DNA of 64,000 nucleotides from Clostridiales bacterium (GCA_024691085.1 JAILNX010000018.1:156591-220590); one strand, 5' to 3'; positions 30,368 through 38,588 are shown, numbered from the stretch's first letter. Notes: a model not told the origin generated them from the sequence alone. Numbers and translations: made by a program.

Positions 30368-32091
30368 TGCATCTTTACCTTAAAGAATTTCGCGAGCTTG
30401 CGGGAGCCGGGCATGAACCCGAGATCGTCCCTGTTGAATATGCGGAAGACCCACAGAAGGCCGATATAGACGACCGCGCCAATGAATATCGACACGATGG
30501 TCGTGATCCTCGGATGGCCGAGCTTATAGAGAAGCGTATAGGCGAAGTACACGACGACGCCCATTATTATCGCCGCAAGCAGCGGCTTCGCGAACGTATC
30601 GAACCAATTGAGCTTGATGTCCGCGTGGCTTATCGTGTACGCCGCGTCGCCGATACCTGCGACGAGGTAGCAGAGCGTCGTTGAGATAGCCGCGCCGAGA
30701 ATGCCGAGCCTGGTGAAGCGCATGAGCAGTATCATCGACACGACCTTGACCGTGCCGCCGGCGATGAGGAACGCAACGGGGATATTCTGCTTGCCCATGC
30801 CCTGAATGACGCCGGTGAGCGTCTGCACCAGCGACAGGAACAGCACGCCTATCGCGGATATCTGCATTATGCCGCCCGCAAGAGCGTAGATCGAGACTTC
30901 CTGTCCCGGACGCATATTCAGGATCTGAGAAAGGAATCCCGTAAGATAGTAGGTCTCGTTCGGGCCGACGCTCTCCGCGACCTTGGAATAGAGCATCGCC
31001 ATGATCGGACCGCCCAGCACGAAAAGGCCGACCGCACAAGGAGCGCCGATTATCATGGCGAGCTTCATGCCCGTCGTTCCGACCTTCCTAATGCCCCTTC
31101 TGTCGCGCGCGGCCTTCATGGGCGCGATCGCGGGAACGAGGCTCATCGAGAGCGCGAGCGTCAGGACTGCAGGCATATTGATGAGGGGCGTGACGTACGA
31201 GCGCAGGGCGACGTAGCCGTTTTCCGCCATCTTGCCCGCGAGCTCGAGCTCGAAGCCGCTCCGCAAGTATCTTCCTTCAAGCAGCCTTCTTATGAAAATG
31301 GAATCCGCGATGCCGGTTATGGGCATTATCGACGCGCCTATGGTTATCGGGATCGCGATGGCGAGGAGCCGCTTCGAGAACGATTTCAGCGTATCCGCCG
31401 AGAGCTTCATGCCTTCGAGATTGTACGAGGGGAGGTTCAGGCGGCTTTTCCTGTAAACGAGCCAGATGACGAGGAGCCCCAGCACCTCGGAGATGCTTAT
31501 GCCGATGAGCGTGCCCATCGCCCAGAGCTCAGGCCTTTGGGGATAGAGCTTTACGAATATGAGCGCTAGCGAATAGCTTGCGATCAGCTTGCCTATCTGC
31601 TCCGTAACCTGCGAGAGCGCCGTGCCGGTCATCATCTGCATGCCCTGCAGATACCCGCGGTAGGCGCACATTATCGAAACGATTATGAGCGCCGGAGCAA
31701 GCGCCATTAGCGAATACCTCGCGCCGGGAATGCCGGAAAGGTTCGAGATCAGCCCGGAGCAGGTGAACAGGAGCAGCGTCGTTACCGCGCCTATCACCGT
31801 AAGAAGCAGGAACGCGGTCTTGAACACAGCCGTCGCGCCCTTCTTGTCGCCGACCGCAGCGCGCTCGGAAACGAGCTTCGATATCGCCGTGGGGAAGCCT
31901 GCGCTCGAAATGACGAGGAGCCACGAATAGTACGGGTACGCCGATTCGTAGAACACCATGCCGTCGAGATCCCCGCGCTGAAGTATGTTCGTCAGCGGGA
32001 TCCTGTAAAACGCTCCTATTATCTTGACTATCAGACCGGCCAATCCGAGGATCGCCGCGCCCTTTACGAAGGATTTTTTGCCTTTTTCCAT
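30364..32091 (-). CDS. MOP-superfamily flippase (SpoVB / MurJ-like polysaccharide biosynthesis protein)
   Basis: About 14 TM segments. N-terminus KGAAILGLAGLIVKIIGAFYRIPLTNIL. Start placed at MEKGKK (GGGAG RBS, 7-nt spacer). Confidence 0.8.
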   Translation of the reverse strand: MEKGKKSFVKGAAILGLAGLIVKIIGAFYRIPLTNILQRGDLDGMVFYESAYPYYSWLLVISSAGFPTAISKLVSERAAVGDKKGATAVFKTAFLLLTVIGAVTTLLLFTCSGLISNLSGIPGARYSLMALAPALIIVSIMCAYRGYLQGMQMMTGTALSQVTEQIGKLIASYSLALIFVKLYPQRPELWAMGTLIGISISEVLGLLVIWLVYRKSRLNLPSYNLEGMKLSADTLKSFSKRLLAIAIPITIGASIMPITGIADSIFIRRLLEGRYLRSGFELELAGKMAENGYVALRSYVTPLINMPAVLTLALSMSLVPAIAPMKAARDRRGIRKVGTTGMKLAMIIGAPCAVGLFVLGGPIMAMLYSKVAESVGPNETYYLTGFLSQILNMRPGQEVSIYALAGGIMQISAIGVLFLSLVQTLTGVIQGMGKQNIPVAFLIAGGTVKVVSMILLMRFTRLGILGAAISTTLCYLVAGIGDAAYTISHADIKLNWFDTFAKPLLAAIIMGVVVYFAYTLLYKLGHPRITTIVSIFIGAVVYIGLLWVFRIFNRDDLGFMPGSRKLAKFFKVKMQ

Positions 32092-32290
32092 AAACATGCT
32101 CCCAAGCTTCTGTTTATTCAAACTATATTATAACGCAAGTCTTCGATAAATGCACGGGTTTTTTGTAATTTTGAACGAAGCGGGATCCCGGGCGCCGTTT
32201 CCCGTTGACAATACGCCGAGCGCATGTTATACTTTCACTCAAAGGCGCCCCGCTGAAGAGTGGCGGATCATACCCGGGAGGAAACGAATT

Positions 32291-32830
32291 ATGAAACTTA
32301 TCGTGATCGATATGCAGAAAGCGCTGATGGACGACGAGCTTTACAACTTCGTCGGTCTTGTTGAGAATATCGTGAAGCTTATTGCCGCCGCGAGGGAGAA
32401 CGGAGTCGAGGTCGTCTACGTCCAGCACGACGCCGGCGAAGGCACTGGCTTTTCCGTCGGCGACGAAGCCTTTGAGATCGCCGACGAAGTCGCCCCGCAC
32501 GCGGGCGAAAAGGCTTTCGTGAAGACCTGCAGCAGCAGCTTTACGAACAAAGACTTCGCCGCGTATCTTGAGGAAGCGAAGGATGACACGCTTATGATCG
32601 TCGGTCTGCAGACCAATTTCTGCGTCGACGCCACCGTGAAATCCGCCTTTGAGCGCGGCTACGACGTGATCATTCCCGAGGGAACGAACTCCACTTTCGA
32701 CAACCCGTACATGAATGCCAAGACCACCTACGAGTATTATATGAACGAGGTGTGGCCAGGTCTGTTCGCGGACTGCGTTTCCATGGACGAGGCGATCGAG
32801 CTTATTAAGGAACAGCGTCCCGGCGATTGA
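32291..32830 (+). CDS. Isochorismatase-family cysteine hydrolase
   Basis: MKLIVIDMQ...IVGLQTNFCVDATV. GGGAGGA RBS. Promoter TTGACA-17-TATACT lies about 80 nt upstream. Confidence 0.88.
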   Translation: MKLIVIDMQKALMDDELYNFVGLVENIVKLIAAARENGVEVVYVQHDAGEGTGFSVGDEAFEIADEVAPHAGEKAFVKTCSSSFTNKDFAAYLEEAKDDTLMIVGLQTNFCVDATVKSAFERGYDVIIPEGTNSTFDNPYMNAKTTYEYYMNEVWPGLFADCVSMDEAIELIKEQRPGD

Positions 32831-32880
32831 TCCCGAAAAACAATATGGCGAAACGCCCGGCGAAATGAGTCGTCGGGCTT

Positions 32881-33066
32881 TGTGATTAAGTGAAGTTTGC
32901 GCCTTTGGCGCAAGTGATGTTATGCCTTATGGCATAGTGATGTTTTGCGGTTTTGCCGCAAAGCGGTGTGATGCGTTCCGCTTTTCACGCGCGAAACGCA
33001 CATCACATCCGAAAGATACATCACGCACGAAGTGCGCATCACGTTCCGCCGGGGCGGAACACATCG
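32881..33066. repeat. Dyad-symmetric ladder of short hairpins separated by GTGATGT (left half) and ACATCAC (right half) heptamers
   Basis: Heptamers or variants start at 32882, 32890, 32914, 32937, 32968 and, inverted, at 33000, 33018, 33036, 33061. Hairpins: 32897-32913, 32921-32936, 32944-32962, 32974-32998 (centre), 33024-33036, 33043-33060. Confidence 0.8.
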
Positions 33067-33070
33067 TTGA

Positions 33071-33109
33071 AAAAGCAGCGATTTTTGTATCAAAATCGCT
33101 GCTTTTTCA
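33071..33109. terminator. Strong bidirectional hairpin terminator distal to the tRNA-Trp-linked units
   Basis: GAAAAAGCAGCGATTTT / AAAATCGCTGCTTTTTC, a 17-bp stem. Confidence 0.7.
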
Positions 33110-33271
33110 TGGCAGGGGCACTAAGATTCTGAACTCCGCGTTGCGAGCAGCACAAATGAACTCCTGCTTGTTTGACGCATCGCTTTGAAAATGCTTCGCA
33201 TTTTCGGAGTCCTTCATTTATTACTCTCTTTGTCAAACAAATAAGGATGCCGGTTGGCATCCTTATTTGTT
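33110..33271 (-). repeat. tRNA-Trp-linked unit 1 (162 nt): hairpin, structured body, 31-nt tRNA-Trp 3'-end mimic ending in CCA
   Basis: 33110-33140 is identical to 33272-33302. An 18-bp hairpin lies at about 33234-33273. The period is exactly 162 nt. Confidence 0.85.
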
Positions 33272-33433
33272 TGGCAGGGGCACTAAGATTCTGAACTCCG
33301 CGCAGCGAGTTTCTTCATGCAATCCGATTTGATTGACGCTGCGCTGCAATTTGCACTGCAAATTGCGGAGTTCATCGTGCATGCTGTCTGCTGCCAATAA
33401 ATAACGGATACCCGTTGGGTACCCGTTATTTAT
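33272..33433 (-). repeat. tRNA-Trp-linked unit 2 (162 nt), same architecture as unit 1
   Basis: The first 20 nt of the 3'-end copy match the real tRNA exactly (TGGCAGGGGCACTAAGATTC on the + strand), followed by a 1-nt insertion in the T-loop. A long hairpin lies at about 33393-33440. Confidence 0.85.
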
Positions 33434-33507
33434 TGGCAGGGGCACTAAGATTCGAACTCAGAAGAACGGTTTTGGAGACCGCTATGTTACCATTACATCA
33501 TGCCCCT
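33434..33507 (-). tRNA. tRNA-Trp (anticodon CCA)
   Basis: Hand-folded 74-nt cloverleaf: AGGGGCA TG ATGT AATGGTA ACAT A GCGGT CTCCAAA ACCGT TCTT CTGAG TTCGAAT CTTAG TGCCCCT G CCA. Confidence 0.93.
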
Positions 33508-33525
33508 ATTATGTCGACGAATGGG

Positions 33526-33554
33526 ATTATAGCACTTCGCGTATTCGTTGTCAA
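33526..33554 (-). promoter_or_regulatory. Consensus promoter of tRNA-Trp
   Basis: Minus strand: TTGACA (33549-33554), 17-nt spacer, TATAAT (33526-33531). Confidence 0.65.
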
Positions 33555-33597
33555 GCATTATTTTATTGCGCCGCGGCCGTGAAAATGACTGCGAATA

Positions 33598-33626
33598 TTG
33601 ACTTGCAGCCTCAAATTAAGTACAAT
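33598..33626 (+). promoter_or_regulatory. Promoter placed for a leaderless PPTase mRNA
   Basis: TTGACT (33598-33603), 17-nt spacer, TACAAT (33621-33626), then only 8 nt to the ATG at 33635. No SD sequence. Confidence 0.5.
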
Positions 33627-33634
33627 CCTATAGT

Positions 33635-34231
33635 ATGAAGGTCAGTCTCGTTATCGTGAATATCGACCGCTCGGCGGAGCTTCTGGCTGAGCCTTCCCGC
33701 TTCTCGTCGCAGGAGCGGCTGGCTTCGTGCGCGAAGATAAAGAATCCGCTCGTCAGGGCTCAGGGGTACGCCGCGGAGCTCGCGCTTTCGTACGCTTTGT
33801 CGGGCGATAGGTTCGATCCACCGGTATACCGGCGGGAGAAAAACGGGAAGCCCGTCATCGAGGACGGATACGTTTCCCTTTCGCATTCCGGAAAATACTC
33901 CGTGTGCACGTATTACCCCTCCCCCGTCGGCGTCGATCTGGAGGTTTGGAGGGACGTTCGTCCTTCCCTTGCAAAGCGGCTCCTGTCCGACTCCGAGAAG
34001 ACCGGCGATCCCGACAGCGGCTTTCTTTTAAGGAAGTTCGTCGTCAAGGAGGCGTTCCTTAAGATGACCGGAGAGGGCATTACGGGCGGGTTCAGAGAGC
34101 TGACCGCGGACGGCGGTCTCATTTACCGCCGCGGTGAAAAGGCCGCCGTTTACCGAACGGTCGACACGGACGAATACTTCCTTGCCGTCGTCTCCCCCGA
34201 AGAGTTTGAGGTCGAAACCGTAGAATTATAA
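33635..34231 (+). CDS. 4'-phosphopantetheinyl transferase (Sfp-type)
   Basis: GKPVIEDGYVSLSHSG...VGVDLE...FVVKEAFLKMTGEG motifs. Confidence 0.85.
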   Translation: MKVSLVIVNIDRSAELLAEPSRFSSQERLASCAKIKNPLVRAQGYAAELALSYALSGDRFDPPVYRREKNGKPVIEDGYVSLSHSGKYSVCTYYPSPVGVDLEVWRDVRPSLAKRLLSDSEKTGDPDSGFLLRKFVVKEAFLKMTGEGITGGFRELTADGGLIYRRGEKAAVYRTVDTDEYFLAVVSPEEFEVETVEL

Positions 34232-34272
34232 GAAAAAACCGCAGGAAAACCTGCGGTTTTTTTGTTATACGC

Positions 34273-36075
34273 TTACTTCAGAAGTTCTTCCATCTCGTCG
34301 AGGAGTTCGCCGAAGAGCTTGAGCGCCTCGTTCACGGGTTTGGCGGTGGTCATATCGACGCCCGCGTACTTCAGTATGGTGATGGGGTCGGTGGAGCCGC
34401 CGGCGGAGAGGAACTTCTTATAGTCCTTAACGGCGGGCTCGCCCTCGGTAAGTATGCGGTTCGCGATAGCGCAGGCGGCGGAGAAGCCGGTCGCGTACTG
34501 GAACACGTAGAAGTTATAGAAGAAGTGCGGTATGCGCTCCCACTCGTAAGCGATCTCGGGATCGGCAACGATCGCGTCGCCGAAATACTGCTTGTTGAGC
34601 TCGTAGTACTTCTTGCAGAGCGCGTCGGCGGTGAGGCTTACGCCCGTTTCCGCGAGCTGATTCATGAAAAGCTCGAACTCGGCGAACATGGTCTGGCGGT
34701 AGACGGTGCCGCGGAAGCTCTCGAGGAAGTGGTTGATGAGGTACGCCCTCTCGCGCTTGTCGGTCGTGTTGTTCAGAAGGTACCTGACGAGCAGCACCTC
34801 GTTGCAGGTGGACGCGACCTCCGCGACGAATATGACGTAATCCTGCTGGCAGACCGGCTGGTTCTTCATCGAATAATAGGTGTGGAGCGAGTGGCCCATC
34901 TCGTGCGCGATGGTGAACATGGAGTCGAGAGTATCCTTCTGGTTAAGCAGGACGTAGGGGTGCGGGTCTCCGCAGGAGGAATAAGCGCCGCTCCTCTTGC
35001 CCTCGTTCTCGTAGACGTCGATCCAGCGGTTGTTGAAGCCCTCGCGGAGTATGTCGAGGTACTCCTCGCCGAGGGGCTTGAGCGCCTTCAGAATGATCTC
35101 CTTCGCCTCCTCGTACGGGATCTCCTTATCGGCGTCGCCGACGATCGGAGTATAGAGATCGTACATATGAAGCTCGTCAAGGCCCATCAGCTTCTTGCGG
35201 AGCTCGACGTATTTATGGAGATAGTGGAGGTTGTTATGGACCGCCTCGATGAGGTTGTGATAGACCGATACGGGTACCTCTGTCCTGTCGAGAGCGGCAT
35301 GGAGCGTGGACTCGTAATTCCTGGCCTGGGCGTTGAAGATGAGTCCCTTGACCTGGGAATCGAGGAACGCAGCGGAGGTGTTCTTGAAGCTCTCGAAGGT
35401 ATGATAGAGGCTCTCGAAAGCGGCCTTTCTGACGTTCTGATCGGGATTCTCGAGCAGCGGGACGTAGGAGCCCTGCGTGACCTTGAGGACGTTGCCCTCG
35501 GAGTCCGTAATGTCGGGGAACTTGAGGTCGGCGTTGCGGAAGGCGGACGCGGTCTCGCCCGGGGCGGAGGTCACCTGACCGGAGAGAGCGAGTATGCGCT
35601 CCTCGGCGTCGGACAGCGAATGAGGCTTGAAATGACGGGTCTTCTCGATAGGCCTTCTGTAGAGCTCAAGACCGGGGACAGCAGTATAGAACTCCGCCAT
35701 CTTTTCGTCGGGTATGGAGATGATCTCGGGCGTCGCGAAAGCGTCAGCGGAGCCGAGCATCATATAAAGGTTCATGACCTTGCCCTTCATCGCCTGATAG
35801 AAGGAGTTGCCCGTATCCTCGTCGGACTTGCGCATGGCGTAGTTGCCGAGGCGTTCGACCTTGACCGAAAGCTCGTCGCTTAGTTTGAAGTAATCGAGGA
35901 GCGCCTCGGGGGACGCGGAGATCTTTCCCTTGAATGCGGCGATCTTTTCGGGATACGCCTTCAGCTCTTCAAGGCTCTTCTCCCAAAGCTCGTCGGTCGC
36001 GAACAGATCCTCGGTCGCCCACGTATACTGCTTCTCGACCTCGGAACGCTTGGGTATTATCTTCTGTTTAGCCAT
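34273..36075 (-). CDS. pepF: Oligoendopeptidase F (M3B)
   Basis: 600 aa. HEMGHSLH zinc motif with typical PepF N- and C-terminal regions. Confidence 0.93.
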   Translation of the reverse strand: MAKQKIIPKRSEVEKQYTWATEDLFATDELWEKSLEELKAYPEKIAAFKGKISASPEALLDYFKLSDELSVKVERLGNYAMRKSDEDTGNSFYQAMKGKVMNLYMMLGSADAFATPEIISIPDEKMAEFYTAVPGLELYRRPIEKTRHFKPHSLSDAEERILALSGQVTSAPGETASAFRNADLKFPDITDSEGNVLKVTQGSYVPLLENPDQNVRKAAFESLYHTFESFKNTSAAFLDSQVKGLIFNAQARNYESTLHAALDRTEVPVSVYHNLIEAVHNNLHYLHKYVELRKKLMGLDELHMYDLYTPIVGDADKEIPYEEAKEIILKALKPLGEEYLDILREGFNNRWIDVYENEGKRSGAYSSCGDPHPYVLLNQKDTLDSMFTIAHEMGHSLHTYYSMKNQPVCQQDYVIFVAEVASTCNEVLLVRYLLNNTTDKRERAYLINHFLESFRGTVYRQTMFAEFELFMNQLAETGVSLTADALCKKYYELNKQYFGDAIVADPEIAYEWERIPHFFYNFYVFQYATGFSAACAIANRILTEGEPAVKDYKKFLSAGGSTDPITILKYAGVDMTTAKPVNEALKLFGELLDEMEELLK

Positions 36076-36137
36076 AGTTTTCCTCCTTGAAATAATTATG
36101 GATAGATTTTACCACGGATCTGGACGATTGTACAGCA

Positions 36138-36173
36138 GAAAAAAAGGACCGAATGCGATCCGGTCCTTTTTTA
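36138..36173. terminator. Bidirectional terminator
   Basis: A-run, AGGACCG...CGGTCCT, T-run. Confidence 0.7.
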
Positions 36174-36183
36174 TTGAGCTTAA

Positions 36184-37053
36184 TTACTCCATCGCCGCTT
36201 CTTCGGCCTTGTCCCTTCGGCGGGAACGCACGAAGAGCGCGATCACGGTAACGGTCAAGGCCAGCACGAGGAATACGACCGCGGCGGCAAGGCAGCTTTT
36301 TAACAGCTTGCCCACGAAGCCGACGATCAGACGGTAGAAATACTCCGGCGTGAGGCTTAGCCTCTTGTGCCTGCCGGTGAAGAAGATGTACCCGGGAACG
36401 GCGGCGAGCATGATCGCGTTTGCAAAGAACGACCACGCAAGATACTTGAAGCCCCTGTCCGCGCGTCCGTTGATCCTCAAAATCATGAATATGAGGACGG
36501 CGGCCGCGGCGGCGAGGACGATAAGAACGATCGTGACGATCCTGGCGAACTTGTTCCTTGCCTTAAGCACGAGCTCCATGCCCGGCATCATGATCTTATC
36601 GCTGTAGAGCTTGGCAACGTCTTTGACGTACTCGCGGCAGATATCCTCTACGTCGCCCTCGGCCTCGCGCTCGTTCTGCTCGAAATAGGCGTAAACGTTG
36701 TTCTCGAGCTTCTGCTTTTCTTCCGTAAGGTCGGGCTCATACTTTTTGCCCTCGAAGGCGGCAACGACGACGCCCTTGATGTCGCTCTTGACCTTGTCGT
36801 ACTCGAAGACGTTGTCGATGATCTTGACGTCCATATTGGTCGGGAGCGTGTAATGCAGTATCTCCGACATCACGTTATCGTAGGAAGCGCGGTAATAATC
36901 CTCGTTCATGGAGGAGATGATGCCGTTCTTCTCGAGGACGCCGAAACGCACGACGGAAAGACCGGTGCCGGCGAACAGGACGAGAGTGAGGACGAACGCG
37001 AAAATGCCGGACACTACCGCCCTTGCGGTATTGTTGTTACCTTTTTCGGTCAT
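36184..37053 (-). CDS. Polytopic membrane protein, uncharacterised; last gene of the sortase operon
   Basis: Start MTEKG overlaps the sortase stop (ATGA) behind a GGAGGA RBS. TM helices at the N-terminus and C-terminal third. Confidence 0.6.
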   Translation of the reverse strand: MTEKGNNNTARAVVSGIFAFVLTLVLFAGTGLSVVRFGVLEKNGIISSMNEDYYRASYDNVMSEILHYTLPTNMDVKIIDNVFEYDKVKSDIKGVVVAAFEGKKYEPDLTEEKQKLENNVYAYFEQNEREAEGDVEDICREYVKDVAKLYSDKIMMPGMELVLKARNKFARIVTIVLIVLAAAAAVLIFMILRINGRADRGFKYLAWSFFANAIMLAAVPGYIFFTGRHKRLSLTPEYFYRLIVGFVGKLLKSCLAAAVVFLVLALTVTVIALFVRSRRRDKAEEAAME

Positions 37054-37805
37054 TGTTCTCTCCTCCACTGGATGTCGAGGCCCTCGATCTTCTCGCAGAA
37101 CAGAACGAGCCTGTGGTGCTTTCTGCCGACCGTCGCATGGAACGGATAGCAGGTGTAGAGCACGAGCGTCTCCTTCTCCTCGCCGAACAGGGTAAACTCA
37201 AGGAGATCCTTGAGGTCCTTTTCGTGCATTACCTCGATCTTGTAAACGCGGTACTTGTACGTCTCGTAGTTGGTGTCGTAGACAATGATATCGCCGACCT
37301 CTGCGTACTGGAGGCACTCGAAATACGTGCTGTTGTGTCCGCTGACAAGGACGCAGCGGCCGAAGCCCGGCATGAAGCTGAATATCGAGTTTCCCACTCC
37401 GCGGTAGAGGATGCTGTTGTTGTCGCCCCTGTACACGGGCGCGTCAAGGCCGATCCGCTCGCAGAACAGGTTGCCGTAGCGCTGATTCATCTGCGGCATC
37501 GTGATGAGCTGGATCGGGAGCTTGGGCGTCATGGCACCGGGATCCTCTGTGGATCCGGGCTCGGGCGTAGTCGACGGGCGCGGAATATCCTTGCCGGGCT
37601 TCTCAGCGGTGGGATCGTAGATATTTACAAGCTGCGAATCGAAATTCGGAGCGCTCTCACCCATCAGCATGTTCGCCGCGGCGTAAACGGAATCCCATAC
37701 GGGCCTGAGTCCGACGTACAGTATCAAATACCCCAATATGGCAAAAATTGCCGGCATGAGGATGCATGCCAGCAATTTTATGATTCTTTTTAATGTGTTA
37801 GTCAT
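37050..37805 (-). CDS. Sortase-family transpeptidase (class not assigned)
   Basis: N-terminal TM anchor, His in VLVSGHNS, catalytic Cys in LVLYTCYPF, downstream Arg (GRKHHRLVLF). Confidence 0.85.
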   Translation of the reverse strand: MTNTLKRIIKLLACILMPAIFAILGYLILYVGLRPVWDSVYAAANMLMGESAPNFDSQLVNIYDPTAEKPGKDIPRPSTTPEPGSTEDPGAMTPKLPIQLITMPQMNQRYGNLFCERIGLDAPVYRGDNNSILYRGVGNSIFSFMPGFGRCVLVSGHNSTYFECLQYAEVGDIIVYDTNYETYKYRVYKIEVMHEKDLKDLLEFTLFGEEKETLVLYTCYPFHATVGRKHHRLVLFCEKIEGLDIQWRREQ

Positions 37806-38311
37806 TATTTGGCGAGGAGCCTTTTCCTGCTGACAACGATAACAGCGGCACCGATGACGGCTACGAGAGCAACGGCAACGATGATGGTGGCGGTCATGTT
37901 GAAGCCGGTCCTGAGAACGACATCACCGTTCTCGTAGTTGAAGATGAGCTTGTAGCCGAGGGAGTTGGCAAGCGTGGTGCACTTATCAACAACTTCCTGG
38001 AGCCTGGGGCTGTTCTTCATGTCGTCGAAGCAGGTTACGTTCTCGGCCTTGAGGATCACGTAGCACTCGTCAACGCAAGTCCTGACGCGGGCAAGCTCCT
38101 CGGCGGTGTACTCCCTGTGCATGAGGGAATCGGTCGCGACGTTGATGTACTTATCGAACGGGGTAACGGTCTTGCCGTTGATCTCAACGCCGGCAGCGAA
38201 ATGATCGAGCTCGGCCTGCTCAGCATCGGTGATACCGTCAGCGGCAAAAGCGGGGACAGCGCAGAGGACCATTACGAGGACCATAAGCATTGCAATGATA
38301 GTCTTTTTCAT
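37805..38311 (-). CDS. Secreted protein with C-terminal hydrophobic anchor and basic tail (candidate sortase substrate)
   Basis: Signal peptide MKKTIIAMLMVLVMVLCAVPAFA behind an AGGAGA RBS. C-terminus ...VVLRTGFNMTATIIVAVALVAVIGAAVIVVSRKRLLAK. Its stop overlaps the sortase ATG (TAATG). Confidence 0.6.
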   Translation of the reverse strand: MKKTIIAMLMVLVMVLCAVPAFAADGITDAEQAELDHFAAGVEINGKTVTPFDKYINVATDSLMHREYTAEELARVRTCVDECYVILKAENVTCFDDMKNSPRLQEVVDKCTTLANSLGYKLIFNYENGDVVLRTGFNMTATIIVAVALVAVIGAAVIVVSRKRLLAK

Positions 38312-38498
38312 ATCAATATTATCTCCTGAATTTTTAATCTCGGGCATTAACCCGGTACATACACTCTTATTATAATCAATTCAGGCCTGTTGTCAATACT
38401 TATTTTCAAATATATTGAAAAATACTTTTGCTCAATTAATATATGACTTTTTTCACAAATCCTTTTTAAAAAAACTATACGTTTGCAGGGCGAAGCCA

Positions 38499-38527
38499 TT
38501 GACTTTTTTACAATTATGTGCTATAAT
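38499..38527 (+). promoter_or_regulatory. Promoter of the helicase gene
   Basis: TTGACT (38499-38504), 17-nt spacer, TATAAT (38522-38527), in an AT-rich spacer. Confidence 0.6.
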
Positions 38528-38588
38528 CCTTTCTTCAAAAATAAGGCGTAGCGGTTCTCGCAGCCGTCCGCCTAAAAAGAGGCTTTAT

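Noticed and set aside
32974-32998. parS-like site (TTTCAC...GAAA) in the central hairpin of the heptamer array.
   Set aside because: It reads TTTCACGCGCGAAA rather than the 16-bp TGTTNCACGTGAAACA palindrome, and it is not a perfect inverted repeat.
32922-33188. 88-aa ORF spanning the heptamer/hairpin array and the first tRNA-Trp 3' copy.
   Set aside because: It has no RBS. Its sequence is dictated by the repeats and hairpins, and it runs through a strong bidirectional terminator.
33141-33433. Self-cleaving ribozyme (hammerhead-type) in the tandem units, as in circular or satellite RNAs.
   Set aside because: No CUGAUGA...GAAA core or other ribozyme signature that I recognise. CATGAAGAAAC in unit 2 is only a loose resemblance.
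33110-33507. CRISPR-like array (identical ~31-nt repeats with unique spacers).
   Set aside because: There are only three copies. The repeats are tRNA 3' ends, the spacers are 131 nt and internally structured, and no cas genes are present.
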